A stretch of 62,040 bases of DNA from Candidatus Limnocylindria bacterium (lineage in GTDB: Bacteria > Chloroflexota > Limnocylindria > QHBO01): the NCBI GenBank assembly GCA_036555375.1, contig DATBLJ010000031.1, positions 1 through 62,040 on the forward strand, in the 5' to 3' direction. The notes beneath the pieces are model-generated. The model saw only the letters and a list, made by a program, of their open reading frames with translations, was not told where the DNA came from and made no database searches. Position 1 is the first letter of the stretch; each line of letters starts with the position of its first letter. This document shows positions 53,226 to 62,040 of the stretch, one piece after another. The position numbers and the translations under genes were made by a program.

Positions 53226-53915
53226 TCAGGCGGGGATCGGAGCGACCACCGGCTTCGGTGCGGGAACGGCCTCGGTCTCGGGGCGAACCGCCCAGACCAG
53301 CCCGCCGCCGAGGATCAGGAGCGTGAAGCCCACCGCGCCCATCGCGGCGGCCAGCCCAAGGCCAAGCTGCAGGGTGGAATGGGTGACCGCGCCCACGCCG
53401 AGCTGGCCGATGAGGCCCAACGCGGTCGGGCTCCAGGCCAGGCCACGAGCCGGGCCCTCGAGCGGATGCGCGCGGTTGAAGTCGGCGTAGTAGCGCCCGT
53501 CGACCGCGAACTCGTACTCGCCGGCCGCGAACGTCTCGCCGTTGAACTCCACCGGCTCATCGAGCACGATCGTCTGGGTCCCATGCAGGATGTGGGTGGC
53601 GATGGTCGCCATCTGGAACATGTACTCGCTTGCCGTGTTCACGATCGGATCATTGGGATCGAGATCGGATGTCACGACCGGGTAGCCCCACTCCTCGGTG
53701 AGCAGGGTCATGATGGCCGCCGCCTCGGCAGGGTCACCGCCATCGACGAGCTGCCCGTCTTCGTTGTACGAGAGCGCCACGTTTTGCGCCGCGCTGAACG
53801 CATTCAAGGACCGGTAGCCCTCCTGGACCTTGATGAACGAATAGCCGCCTGCTGCGAGGAAGGCGAATCCGATCAGCACCAACCCGATGCCGAGGATCTT
53901 GAATCGACGGGTCAT
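53226..53915 (-). CDS. Hypothetical membrane protein: two TM anchors flanking an extracytoplasmic domain of about 170 aa
   Basis: The ATG at 53915 gives MTRRFKILGIGLVLIGFAF. Alternative ATGs lie at 53930 and 53939. The upstream two-thirds of track ORF 53226..54266 overlaps cysS and is not coding-like. No family recognised. Confidence 0.55.
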   Translation of the reverse strand: MTRRFKILGIGLVLIGFAFLAAGGYSFIKVQEGYRSLNAFSAAQNVALSYNEDGQLVDGGDPAEAAAIMTLLTEEWGYPVVTSDLDPNDPIVNTASEYMFQMATIATHILHGTQTIVLDEPVEFNGETFAAGEYEFAVDGRYYADFNRAHPLEGPARGLAWSPTALGLIGQLGVGAVTHSTLQLGLGLAAAMGAVGFTLLILGGGLVWAVRPETEAVPAPKPVVAPIPA

Positions 53916-54041
53916 TTCCTGGTACCTCATTCCACGCATTCCGGATTCCTGACTGTCTGTACGTCGGGCAGCGTGGCGTGGCGCGGCATCACGCTCGAGG
54001 GGCAAACGGACCGATTCCGGGGGCCATCTGGTCCGCTCCTG

Positions 54042-54058
54042 AAAGGGCCGCAGGGCCC
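54042..54058 (-). terminator. Short hairpin GGGCC-CTGC-GGCCC followed by TTT, just after the cysS stop
   Basis: 5-bp GC stem plus a U3 tract on the minus strand, 6 nt downstream of the cysS TAG. Confidence 0.3.
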
Positions 54059-54063
54059 GAACC

Positions 54064-55488
54064 CTAGCGGCGGGGCGACGCGAGCTGGCCGTCAGGCGTA
54101 TCCCGGACCTCGACGCCGAGCGCGGCCAGCTCGTCGCGCAGGGCATCCGAGGTGGCGAAGTCCCGGGCTGCCCGTGCCGCTTCGCGGCGCTCGAGGAGCG
54201 CCGCCGCTCCCTGGGGGAGCGCCAGATCACCGGAGGCCGGCGCGCCCAGGTCGAGCCCGAGCACACGGTCGAAGTCGAGCAGCAGCGCGCGGCGCTGGAC
54301 TGGCGTCAGGTCCGATGCGGCCGCCACGGCATGGGCGGTGGCCACCGCGGCCGGCGTCCCGAGGTCCTCGCTGACGGCCGCCACGAAGCGGGCCCGGTAG
54401 CCGGCCATCGGCTCAACCGACAGGTCGATGGTGGCGGCATCGGTCTCGGCGGCCGCGCCTTCAGCAACAGCCCGGCGCAGGCGGGCCAAGCCCGAGGCCG
54501 CGGCGTGCATCGCGTCCTGGGTGAAGTCGAGCTTGGAGCGGTAGTGGGCGGTCAGGGCGAGGTACCGGAAGTCGAGCGGCTGGAATCCCTTCTCGGGGAG
54601 CTCGCTGACCCGGATGATGTTGCCGGCGCTCTTCGCCATCTTCGCGTCGCCCAGGGTCAGGAACTCGCCGTGCATCCACACCGAGATGACGCGGTGGCCG
54701 GTGGCGCCGTCGGACTGGGCGATCTCGTCCTCGTGGTGCGGGAACTTCAGGTCGATCCCGCCGGTGTGGATGTCGAACCGGTCGCCGAGGTACTTCATTC
54801 CCATCGCCGAGCACTCGATGTGCCACCCCGGGAAGCCCTCGCCCCACGGGGACGGCCAATGCATGAGCCGACCCGGCTCGGCCTTCTTCCAGAGGGCGAA
54901 GTCGGCCGGGTTGCGCTTGTCGGTCTCGACCTCGACCCGGGTCCCGGCCTTCGTCGCCTCGACCCGCTGGCCCGACAGCTGCCCGTACGCCGGGAAGGCG
55001 CCGACGTCGAAGTAGATGGTCCCGCCGGCCTGGTAGGCGAGGCCCTTGTCGAGGAGTGTCTGGATGATCGCCAGCATCTCCCCGATGTGGTCGGTGGCCC
55101 GCGGCATGACGTCGGCCGGGCGGATGTTGATCAGCCCCTCGTCGGCCAGCCAGGCATCGGTGTAGAACTGCGCGATCTCCATTGGCGACTTCCCCTCCTC
55201 GAGGGCGGCCATCACCATCCGGTCCTCGCCCGAATCGGTCTGGTCGTCGCGCATGTGGCCCACGTCGGTGATGTTCTTCACGTAGAGGACCTCGTACCCG
55301 AGGTACTCGAGCGTCCGCCGGAGGAGGTCGCCGAACAGGTAGGTGCGCAGATTCCCGATGTGGGCGTAGCGGTACACCGTGCTGCCGCAGGTGTAGATCG
55401 TGACGTGGCCCGGGGTCACCGGATCCAGGACCTCGACCTGGCGGCTGAGCGTGTTGTAGAGGCGGATGGGAGCGGGGGAGGAGGCCAT
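54064..55488 (-). CDS. cysS: Cysteine--tRNA ligase
   Basis: HIGH motif YAHIGNLRTY, KMSKS motif KMAKSAGN and the class I Zn-site context CGSTVY. 474 aa. Confidence 0.95.
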   Translation of the reverse strand: MASSPAPIRLYNTLSRQVEVLDPVTPGHVTIYTCGSTVYRYAHIGNLRTYLFGDLLRRTLEYLGYEVLYVKNITDVGHMRDDQTDSGEDRMVMAALEEGKSPMEIAQFYTDAWLADEGLINIRPADVMPRATDHIGEMLAIIQTLLDKGLAYQAGGTIYFDVGAFPAYGQLSGQRVEATKAGTRVEVETDKRNPADFALWKKAEPGRLMHWPSPWGEGFPGWHIECSAMGMKYLGDRFDIHTGGIDLKFPHHEDEIAQSDGATGHRVISVWMHGEFLTLGDAKMAKSAGNIIRVSELPEKGFQPLDFRYLALTAHYRSKLDFTQDAMHAAASGLARLRRAVAEGAAAETDAATIDLSVEPMAGYRARFVAAVSEDLGTPAAVATAHAVAAASDLTPVQRRALLLDFDRVLGLDLGAPASGDLALPQGAAALLERREAARAARDFATSDALRDELAALGVEVRDTPDGQLASPRR

Positions 55489-55498
55489 CAGGGGCCGG

Positions 55499-55526
55499 AT
55501 TGTATCGGTCTGGATCGGGCTACCAT
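55499..55526. promoter_or_regulatory. Divergent -10 boxes: TACAAT (55499-55504, minus strand, for cysS) and TACCAT (55521-55526, plus strand, for the NUDIX gene)
   Basis: The whole intergenic gap is 45 bp. TACAAT lies 10 nt from the cysS ATG and TACCAT lies 7 nt from the NUDIX ATG. Confidence 0.45.
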
Positions 55527-55533
55527 CTGGCCG

Positions 55534-56127
55534 ATGCCCGAGCGCGACGCCTCACGGACGTATCCCATGACGCTGGGCGAGGAGCCGGCGTTCTGCCCCG
55601 CCTGCGGCAAGGCGGTCGTCGAGCGGGTGCTCGAGGAGGATCACCGGCCCCGCCTGGTGTGCCCCGACGGCCACGTCACCTGGCGCAACCCGCGGCTGGT
55701 GGTGGGCACGCTCCCGGTACGCGACGGGCAGGTCTTCCTCGGGCGGCGGGGGATCGAGCCCGGGATCGGGAAATGGAGCTACCCGGGCGGCTTCCTCGAG
55801 GTCGGGGAGTCGGCCCAGGAGGGTGCGCGCCGCGAGACCGAGGAGGAGACCCAGCTCCGGGTCGAGATCGGCCGGCTGATCGGCGCCTACTCGCGACCCC
55901 ATGCCGCGGTGGTGACCCTGATCTTCGAGGCGCAGGTCGTCGGTGGCGAGGTCGCGCCGGGGGTCGAAACGACCGAGGTCCGCGGCTTCACGCCAGAGGA
56001 GATCCCGTGGGATGAGCTGGCGTTCAGCACCACCGAGAGCTGCCTGCGGGACTGGCTCCTCAGCCAGCCGGGACACGAGCGCCGGCACGAGCCGGAGCTG
56101 TACGTGGTGGGCGACCCCGAGCCCTAG
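55534..56127 (+). CDS. NUDIX hydrolase with an N-terminal zinc ribbon
   Basis: CPACG ... CPDGH ribbon, and Nudix box GGFLEVGESAQEGARRETEEETQL. Confidence 0.88.
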   Translation: MPERDASRTYPMTLGEEPAFCPACGKAVVERVLEEDHRPRLVCPDGHVTWRNPRLVVGTLPVRDGQVFLGRRGIEPGIGKWSYPGGFLEVGESAQEGARRETEEETQLRVEIGRLIGAYSRPHAAVVTLIFEAQVVGGEVAPGVETTEVRGFTPEEIPWDELAFSTTESCLRDWLLSQPGHERRHEPELYVVGDPEP

Positions 56128-56148
56128 CCCTGGCCGCAGCCCGCGGGC

Positions 56149-57447
56149 CTAGTCGGTGTACTTGCGGAAGACGATCGTGCCGTTGTGCCCGCCGAGGCCC
56201 ATCGAGTTCGAAAGCCCGACCTCGATGTCGGCCTGGCGCGCGGTGTGGGGCACGTAGTCGAGGGTCAGCGCCGGGTCGGGGTGGTTCAGGTTGATCGTCG
56301 GAGGCACCCAGCCGGTGTCGAGGACCTTGACCGTGGCCCAGCCCTCGAAGGCCCCGGCGGCACCCATCATGTGACCGGTCATCGACTTCGTCGAGCTGAT
56401 CAGCAGGTTGCGGGCGTGGTCGCCGAAGACCTTCTCGATGGCCTGCGTCTCGGACAGGTCGTTGAGTGGCGTGCCGGTGCCGTGGGGGTTGATGTAGTCG
56501 ATCTCGGTCGGATCGATTCCGCCGCGCTCGAGCGCCCAGCGCATCGACCGTTGGCTGCCCTCGCCCTGTTCGGGCGGGGCGGCCATGTGGTACGCGTCGG
56601 CGGCACTGCCGTAGCCGACGACCTCGGCGATCGGCCGCGCCCCGCGCGCCTTCGCGTGCTCGAGCTCCTCGAGGACGAGGACCGCGCAGCCCTCGGCGAT
56701 GACGAACCCATTGCGGGTCGCATCGAACGGGCGCGAGGCGATCGAGGGCACGTATTCGCCGGTGTCGGGGTCGATCGGGGTGCCGAGGGCGCGCATCTGG
56801 CCGAAGCCGGCGAACGCCAGCGGGACGAGGGCGGCTTCCGTGCCGGCGCCGAGCATGAGGTCGGCCTGGCCACGGATGATCGTCTCGGCTGCCTCGCCGA
56901 TCGCGTGGCTGCCGGTTGCGCAGGCGCTGACCACGGCGGTGTTCGGGCCGCGGATGCCGAACTGGATGGCGACCATGCCCGACGGGCTGTCGACGAGCAT
57001 GTGGGGGATCGTCCACGGGGAGACGACCCGCGCACCGCTGTCCCAGTACTTCTTCGCGTTCTCGAGGAGGACGCCCACCCCACCGCAGCCCGAGCCAAAG
57101 ACCATTCCGATCCGGTCCGGATCGGCTTGGTCGCGCAGGATCTGGCTGGTTCCGTTGATCAGGCCGGCGTCGCGGAGCGCCTCCGCGGTGGCGGCCACGG
57201 CCATCTGGGTCGCGCGGTCGTGGCGCCGGACGTCCTTGGGGTCCATCTCCTTGGCCGGGTCGAAGCCGGGGACCTCGCCGCCGATCTTGATGTCCTGGCC
57301 GGACAGGTCGGCGATGGTGACCTCGCGAATGCCGGATCGCCCCGCGATGAGGTTGTCCCAAGCCGTGTCATTGCCGATGCCGACCGGGGAGATGACGCCG
57401 AGGCCGGTGACCATGGCTCGGCGCCGTGGGTGCCCGTTGGTGCTCAT
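56149..57447 (-). CDS. fabF: Beta-ketoacyl-ACP synthase II
   Basis: Its start forms an ATGA overlap with the fabD stop. Active-site AVVSACATGSH, HGTGTPLND and SMTGHMMGAAG. Confidence 0.93.
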   Translation of the reverse strand: MSTNGHPRRRAMVTGLGVISPVGIGNDTAWDNLIAGRSGIREVTIADLSGQDIKIGGEVPGFDPAKEMDPKDVRRHDRATQMAVAATAEALRDAGLINGTSQILRDQADPDRIGMVFGSGCGGVGVLLENAKKYWDSGARVVSPWTIPHMLVDSPSGMVAIQFGIRGPNTAVVSACATGSHAIGEAAETIIRGQADLMLGAGTEAALVPLAFAGFGQMRALGTPIDPDTGEYVPSIASRPFDATRNGFVIAEGCAVLVLEELEHAKARGARPIAEVVGYGSAADAYHMAAPPEQGEGSQRSMRWALERGGIDPTEIDYINPHGTGTPLNDLSETQAIEKVFGDHARNLLISSTKSMTGHMMGAAGAFEGWATVKVLDTGWVPPTINLNHPDPALTLDYVPHTARQADIEVGLSNSMGLGGHNGTIVFRKYTD

Positions 57448-58445
57448 CCCTGGGGCTTCTTCTTCGACCGCTTCGAGCTCTCGGTGGGCGTGGGCTCGGG
57501 GAGCCAGCCGTCGTCGCCGTCGTCGAGGGCGTGCGCGTTCGACTCGGGGCTGATCCGCTTGATCAGGCCGGTCAGGACCCGGCCCGGTCCGATCTCGACG
57601 AAGTCGGTCACGCCGATGGCGGCCATGTTGCGCACGGTGGCGACCCACTGGACGCCATGGACGAGGTGCTCGCTGAGCTCCTCGCGGAGGCCGTCGGCGC
57701 TGCGGATCATCGTGGCGTGGACGTTGCCGACCATGGGCACCTGCGGATCGCGGAACGGCGCCTTGTCGAGGACCTTCGTGAACTCGTCACGGGCGTGGCG
57801 CATGAGCGGGGAATGGCTGGCCACGCTGACGGTGAGCTGCACCGCGCGGCGGGCGCCGACCGTCTTGCTCATCTCGAGGGCGAAGACGAGGGCCGGGATC
57901 ACGCCCGAAAGGACGATCTGGCCCGGGGCGTTGATGTTCGCGACCGCGATCTCGCCGTGCTCGCGGGCCTGCTCGACCACCTCCTCGGCCTGCTCCTCCG
58001 ACAGGCCGATGATCGCGCCCATCCCGCCGTCGATGCCCTGCTCCTGCATGATCCGCCCGCGCTCGCGGACGAGGCGGATGGCCTCCTCGAAGTCGACCGC
58101 GCCGGCGGCGATGGCCGCGGCGTACTGGCCGGCGGAATGGCCGGCCACGGCCAGCGGGTCCAGCGTGCGGCTGGCGGCCCGCGCCCGCTCGCGGAGGTGC
58201 TCGAGGGCGGCGAAGCTGGCGGCGAGGATGGCCGGCTGGGCGTTGATCGTCGAGTCGAGCTCGTCGGCCGGGCCTTCGAACATCAGGCGCGACAGGGCGA
58301 AGCCGAGGGCCTTGTCGGCACGCTCGAAGACCTGCGCGGCGACGGTGGAGGTGGCGGCGAGCTCCGCACCCATGCCGACGTATTGGGATCCCTGGCCGGG
58401 GAACACGAAGGCGTGGGCGCCGGCCGTCACATCAGGGGTGGACAT
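57444..58445 (-). CDS. fabD: Malonyl-CoA:ACP transacylase with a charged C-terminal tail of about 35 aa
   Basis: FVFPGQGSQYVGMG and the active-site GHSAGQYAA. The tail is DDGDDGWLPEPTPTESSKRSKKKPQG. A TATACT box (plus-strand AGTATA, 58481-58486) and the SD GAGAGGAAA lie upstream. Confidence 0.92.
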   Translation of the reverse strand: MSTPDVTAGAHAFVFPGQGSQYVGMGAELAATSTVAAQVFERADKALGFALSRLMFEGPADELDSTINAQPAILAASFAALEHLRERARAASRTLDPLAVAGHSAGQYAAAIAAGAVDFEEAIRLVRERGRIMQEQGIDGGMGAIIGLSEEQAEEVVEQAREHGEIAVANINAPGQIVLSGVIPALVFALEMSKTVGARRAVQLTVSVASHSPLMRHARDEFTKVLDKAPFRDPQVPMVGNVHATMIRSADGLREELSEHLVHGVQWVATVRNMAAIGVTDFVEIGPGRVLTGLIKRISPESNAHALDDGDDGWLPEPTPTESSKRSKKKPQG

Positions 58446-58508
58446 CGTGGCGAGCTGGTTTCCTCTCGAATGAGGCGGCGAGTATAGCCGAGGACATCCG
58501 AGATTCCG

Positions 58509-59903
58509 CTACCCCGCCTCGGCGCCCGCGAAGGCGCGGACGACCTCCTCGAGCACCGGAACGCCGAAGCGGAGCGCGCTGACCGGGACCCGCTCGTCGT
58601 TGCCGTGGAACAGGTCGAGGAACGGGGTGTCCGCGCCGAGCTGGAGCGGGCAGAAGCCATAGGTCGGGATCCCGAGCCGGGCGAGCGCCTTCGCATCGGT
58701 TCCGGGGGTGATCATCATCGGGACCGCGACGGCGTCCGGGTCGGCGCGGTGGAGCGCCTCGCGCATCTGGCCGACGATCGGGGCGTCGGGATCGGCCTCG
58801 GTCGCCGGCAGGGCCATGACCGCCTCCACCGTGACCGCGTCACCGGCCAGGGCCTGCAGGCGCGCGGCGAAGGCGACCTGGTCGGTGGCGGGGAGGGTCC
58901 GGACGTCGACCTCGGCGCTCCCGGCGCCGGGGATGACGTTGACCTTCGTCCCCGACCGGATGACGGTGGGGGTGATCGTGTCCTGGAGCATCGCCCCGAA
59001 GGAGCGGCGCTGGGTCGGGTCGGTGACCAGTCGCTCGAGGGCGGCTCGCGCGGCTGCCCGGTCGGCGGGGACGAGGTCGGCCACTTCCTCCAGGCCCAGC
59101 GCGGCGAAGAACTCGCGGACTACAGGCGGCGGCTCGCCGCTCGGCGGCGCGGCGGCCAGACGGGCGACCGCCTCGGCGATGTGGATCGTGGGGTTCGCCG
59201 CGTGCGGCATGCTGCCGTGGCCCGGCGTCCCGGTGGCGTGGAGGCGGGTCCAGATGATCCCCTTCTCGGCGACCTGGATCGCGTACACCCGCCGATCACC
59301 GACCGTGATCGAGTAGCCGCCCACCTCGTTCAGGGCCGCGGCGGCCGGGCCGGCCTCGGACCCGAACAGGTCCGGCCGCTCGGCTACCCAGTACTGGGCG
59401 CCCGCCGACCCGCCGGCCTCCTCGTCGGCGACCCCGGCGAAGATCACGTCGCGACGCAGCGGCTGGCCGGAGGCGTGGAGGGCGACCATGATGGCCAGCT
59501 CCATGCCGACCATGTCCTTCATGTCGACCGCGCCCCGCCCCCAGACCACCCCGTCCACGAGCGCCCCGCCGAAGGGGTCGCGCGACCAGGCGCTGGCATC
59601 CACCGGGACGACGTCGAGATGGCTGAGCAGGATGAGCGGCGGCTCGGGGGTGGCGACGCCCGGATCGGCCCGCAGGCGGGCAAAGCAGCTGCCCCGGCCC
59701 GGAGCGGCCTCGAGCACCTCGGCCGCGATGCCGGCCGAGGTCAGGACCTCGGCGCAGTAGCGGGCGGCGGCGGTTTCGCCACCGGTCGAGTCGAGCCCGG
59801 CCGCCGTGTCCGGGTCGCCCGGCGGGTTGACGGACGGGATCCGGATGAGCTCGCGGAGGTGGGTGATCGCCTCGTCGGCGTTGGCGGTGAGCGGATGGCT
59901 CAC
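58509..59903 (-). CDS. M20 family metallopeptidase (ArgE/DapE/CPG2-like dipeptidase)
   Basis: 464 aa. LLSHLDVVPV, GRGAVDMKD and ADEEAGG are M20 metal-ligand motifs. Confidence 0.85.
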   Translation of the reverse strand: MSHPLTANADEAITHLRELIRIPSVNPPGDPDTAAGLDSTGGETAAARYCAEVLTSAGIAAEVLEAAPGRGSCFARLRADPGVATPEPPLILLSHLDVVPVDASAWSRDPFGGALVDGVVWGRGAVDMKDMVGMELAIMVALHASGQPLRRDVIFAGVADEEAGGSAGAQYWVAERPDLFGSEAGPAAAALNEVGGYSITVGDRRVYAIQVAEKGIIWTRLHATGTPGHGSMPHAANPTIHIAEAVARLAAAPPSGEPPPVVREFFAALGLEEVADLVPADRAAARAALERLVTDPTQRRSFGAMLQDTITPTVIRSGTKVNVIPGAGSAEVDVRTLPATDQVAFAARLQALAGDAVTVEAVMALPATEADPDAPIVGQMREALHRADPDAVAVPMMITPGTDAKALARLGIPTYGFCPLQLGADTPFLDLFHGNDERVPVSALRFGVPVLEEVVRAFAGAEAG

Positions 59904-59910
59904 GAGCCGC

Positions 59911-60888
59911 TCACGGCTCGTGGACCTGGGCGCGGACCGGGGACAGCTCTCCGCCGTGGGCCGCAGCCGGGTGGGCCTCCCTCCGGCGCTGGTCGACCAG
60001 CCGGGCGACGCCGATATCGGCCAGGAACAGCGCCACCGAGGTCAGGAGCAGGACCGGGAGCTGGGTGGCGAGCCCCATCCATAGCAGGGCGACCAGGAAG
60101 AAGCCATGCATCGAGAACCGGGTGAAGAAGGCCAGTCGGAGGTCGACGATGGCGGTCGCCTTGCCATCGGGCAGCTGGCGGTTCGGCCCGAACGTGCCGA
60201 TCCCGGCGATGACCAGGAACACGGCCAGGGTCAATCCGAACAGCCACAGGCCGCCACCCGGTTCGGCGTTGACGAGCCCGAGGATCATCGCGAACGGGAA
60301 GATCGAGCTCAGGAGGATGCCGAAGGCGGGGATCGGCACCGCCAGCTGGAGCCATTCGAGGCGCGGCCGTTCGGCCGAGGCGTCGCGCAGCCACCGGGTC
60401 ATCAGGCTGAAGCCCAGCGTCACGAACAGCCACGCGTAGAAGTTGCCGGCCGGGACGCCGAACCAGCCCTGGTCGGGCTCGATCCCGACCCAGGTCCACA
60501 TTCCCATCCGGATGGCGACCGCGTCGAAGGCGAGGTCGAGCATGATCACCAGCACGGCATCCACGAAGGGCGCCGTCCAGCGCCGGACGCCGAGCGCATC
60601 CGTGATCCGCATCGCGCCGGCGATCAGCAGGGCCCAGGTCAGGCCGATGACGAGCGGCGCGCGGTCGACGACGAGCACCCAGTCGGGGCTGTAGTGGTAG
60701 GTCTGGAAGATCAGCTGGTCGCCCTCCTCGAGGAGGAGCCCGAAGGCGGCGGCGCTGATGAGCTCGAGGAACGGCAGCCGGCCCCGCCGAAGGGCCGCCG
60801 CCGCCGCGCCGATGAACAGGACCGAGGCGGCGACTTCGAGGAAGAGGAAGACCGGGTTCACGACGATCTGATCATAGGGGCGCGCCAT
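59911..60888 (-). CDS. DUF422 'carotenoid biosynthesis protein' family polytopic membrane protein
   Basis: The ATG at 60888 gives 325 aa and about 8 TM segments. MGMWTW ... GWFGVPAGNFYAWLFV matches my memory of the DUF422/CruF-like motif. The upstream part of the track ORF overlaps the divergent aldehyde dehydrogenase gene. Confidence 0.55.
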   Translation of the reverse strand: MARPYDQIVVNPVFLFLEVAASVLFIGAAAAALRRGRLPFLELISAAAFGLLLEEGDQLIFQTYHYSPDWVLVVDRAPLVIGLTWALLIAGAMRITDALGVRRWTAPFVDAVLVIMLDLAFDAVAIRMGMWTWVGIEPDQGWFGVPAGNFYAWLFVTLGFSLMTRWLRDASAERPRLEWLQLAVPIPAFGILLSSIFPFAMILGLVNAEPGGGLWLFGLTLAVFLVIAGIGTFGPNRQLPDGKATAIVDLRLAFFTRFSMHGFFLVALLWMGLATQLPVLLLTSVALFLADIGVARLVDQRRREAHPAAAHGGELSPVRAQVHEP

Positions 60889-60908
60889 GGAGCGGCCAAA
60901 TCCGGTCG

Positions 60909-60914
60909 TAGAAT
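60909..60914 (+). promoter_or_regulatory. TAGAAT -10 box 7 nt upstream of the aldehyde dehydrogenase GTG (leaderless pattern)
   Basis: The local sequence is TAGAAT-GGCCCGC-GTG. The box overlaps the in-frame ATG at 60913, which argues for 60922 as the true start. Confidence 0.4.
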
Positions 60915-60921
60915 GGCCCGC

Positions 60922-62040
60922 GTGACGACCGAAATCGGCGCGCCCAGCGTCCCGATCTACCTCGCCGGCGAGTTCGTCGAGGCCGGATCGCCGCTCGAGG
61001 TGCGGAACCCGGCCACCGGCGACCTGGTGGCGACGACCTGGCAGGCGGGGACCGCCGAGCTCGAGCGGGCGACCGAAGCGGCCGTGGCGGGGTTCGAGCA
61101 GACCCGACGGCTGGCCAGCTTCGAGCGGCGCGACGCGCTCCAGCACGTGGCCGAGGCGATCAGCCGGGACGCCGACGAGCTGGCCGAGCTGCTGACCCGC
61201 GAGTCGGGCAAGCCGATCCGCGACGCGAAGGCGGAGGTCGCCCGTGGGGCGCTGACCTTTCGGACGGCCGCCGAGGAGGCGCTGCGGATCAACGGGGAGT
61301 GGATTCCCCTCGACTGGACCGCGGCCAACCGCGGCCGGAGTGGGATCGTCCGCCGCTACCCGATCGGGCCGGTTGCCGGCATCAGCCCGTTCAACTTCCC
61401 GCTGAACCTCGCCGCCCACAAGGTCGCGCCGGCGATCGCCGCCGGCTGCAGCATCGTCCTCAAGCCACCGAGCAAGGACCCGCTCGTGATGCTCCGGATC
61501 GCGGGCTACCTGGCCGAGACCTCGCTGCCGAAGGGGGCGGTCTCGATCCTGCCGATGGACCGGCCCACCGGGGACCGGATGGTCGCGGATGATCGGTTCA
61601 AGCTCCTCAGCTTCACCGGCAGCCCGAGCGTGGGATGGAAGATGAAGGCCGATGCCGGCCGCAAGAAGGTCGTCCTCGAGCTGGGCGGCAACGCCGGGGT
61701 GATCGTCGACGAGACCGCCGACCTGGACTGGGCGGTCGCGCGGCTGACGTTCGGCGCCTTTGCCTACGCCGGGCAGGTGTGCATCAGCGTCCAGCGGATC
61801 TACGTGGTCGAGTCGATTTACGCCGAGTTCGAGCGGCGCTTCGTCGAGAAGGTCCGCGAGGTCAAGCTCGGCGACCCGCTCGACCCGGCCTCCGACCTTG
61901 GTCCGATGGTCGACCAGGCCGCGGTCACCCGCACCGCCAGCTGGGTCCAGGAGGCCATCGCCGACGGCGCCCGGGCGCTGACCGGCGCGCGCGCCGACGG
62001 GCTGTTCTATGAGCCCACCGTCCTCGTCGATGTGCCGCGC
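60922..62040 (+). CDS. NAD(P)-dependent aldehyde dehydrogenase; the C-terminus runs off the right window edge
   Basis: Absent from the track because it is open at the edge. My translation gives VTTEIGAPSVPIYLAGEF..., FNFPLNL, the catalytic-Glu box LELGGNAG and the catalytic-Cys box GQVCISVQR. Confidence 0.9.
   Translation, partial: MTTEIGAPSVPIYLAGEFVEAGSPLEVRNPATGDLVATTWQAGTAELERATEAAVAGFEQTRRLASFERRDALQHVAEAISRDADELAELLTRESGKPIRDAKAEVARGALTFRTAAEEALRINGEWIPLDWTAANRGRSGIVRRYPIGPVAGISPFNFPLNLAAHKVAPAIAAGCSIVLKPPSKDPLVMLRIAGYLAETSLPKGAVSILPMDRPTGDRMVADDRFKLLSFTGSPSVGWKMKADAGRKKVVLELGGNAGVIVDETADLDWAVARLTFGAFAYAGQVCISVQRIYVVESIYAEFERRFVEKVREVKLGDPLDPASDLGPMVDQAAVTRTASWVQEAIADGARALTGARADGLFYEPTVLVDVPR

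Noticed and set aside
60913-60915. ATG at 60913 as the aldehyde dehydrogenase start
   Set aside because: It lies inside the TAGAAT -10 hexamer. The GTG at 60922 has the same 7-nt leaderless spacing seen at many other genes here. The difference is only 3 codons.

Overview
High-GC (about 70% by eye), almost fully coding chromosomal segment that reads like Actinomycetota/Chloroflexota-type core genome. I can support about 58 protein genes and one tRNA-Gly(UCC). I see no rRNA, CRISPR array, transposase, integrase or phage genes.

Gene content from left to right:
- copA (truncated at the left edge) with a CsoR-like operator, then glgM, a Tat-lipoprotein amidohydrolase, an ABC-2 exporter and a DUF4260 protein.
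- A NarL-type two-component system next to a flavodoxin-cupin pair.
- A hypothetical gene plus a three-cupredoxin multicopper oxidase, and an F420/DUF385 oxidoreductase.
- A same-strand string: beta-CASP nuclease, DUF62 SAM hydrolase, ECF transporter.
- LigC, a DUF885 protein, a GNAT acetyltransferase and tRNA-Gly.
- A ParB/Srx-like gene coupled to a metallophosphoesterase.
- GH15 and GH63 hydrolases with a sugar ABC importer.
- A LigD-type polymerase domain, YihY, an M23 peptidase and GlgP.
- An HTH-anchored 728-aa acidic repeat protein, PncA and membrane proteins.
- A Gly/Tyr-rich double zinc-ribbon protein.
- A complete pentose-phosphate operon (tkt-tal-pgi-gnd-zwf-opcA-pgl) followed by a block of small unknown genes.
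- cysS, a NUDIX hydrolase, fabD-fabF, an M20 peptidase, a DUF422 protein and an aldehyde dehydrogenase (truncated at the right edge).

Many of the longest ORFs in the track are Arg/Pro/Gly/Ala-rich off-frame shadows of real genes, and I rejected them. copA and the aldehyde dehydrogenase are missing from the track because they run off the window edges.

Nothing here is an obvious novel system. The best candidates for a second look are:
- A recurrent leaderless-promoter signature: a TAnnnT box, often TACCAT(C)GG, 6-8 nt before start codons.
- The head-to-head beta-CASP nuclease and LigC pair.
- The DUF62 SAM hydrolase translationally coupled to an ECF importer.
- The ParB/Srx-like plus metallophosphoesterase two-gene operon.
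- The HTH-anchored giant acidic repeat protein operon.
- A regulatory region with three CGTGGATAAG-type direct repeats, a promoter and a leader with mutually exclusive helices upstream of the F420-type oxidoreductase.

All functional calls come from motif recognition by eye and memory of the families. No searches were run.
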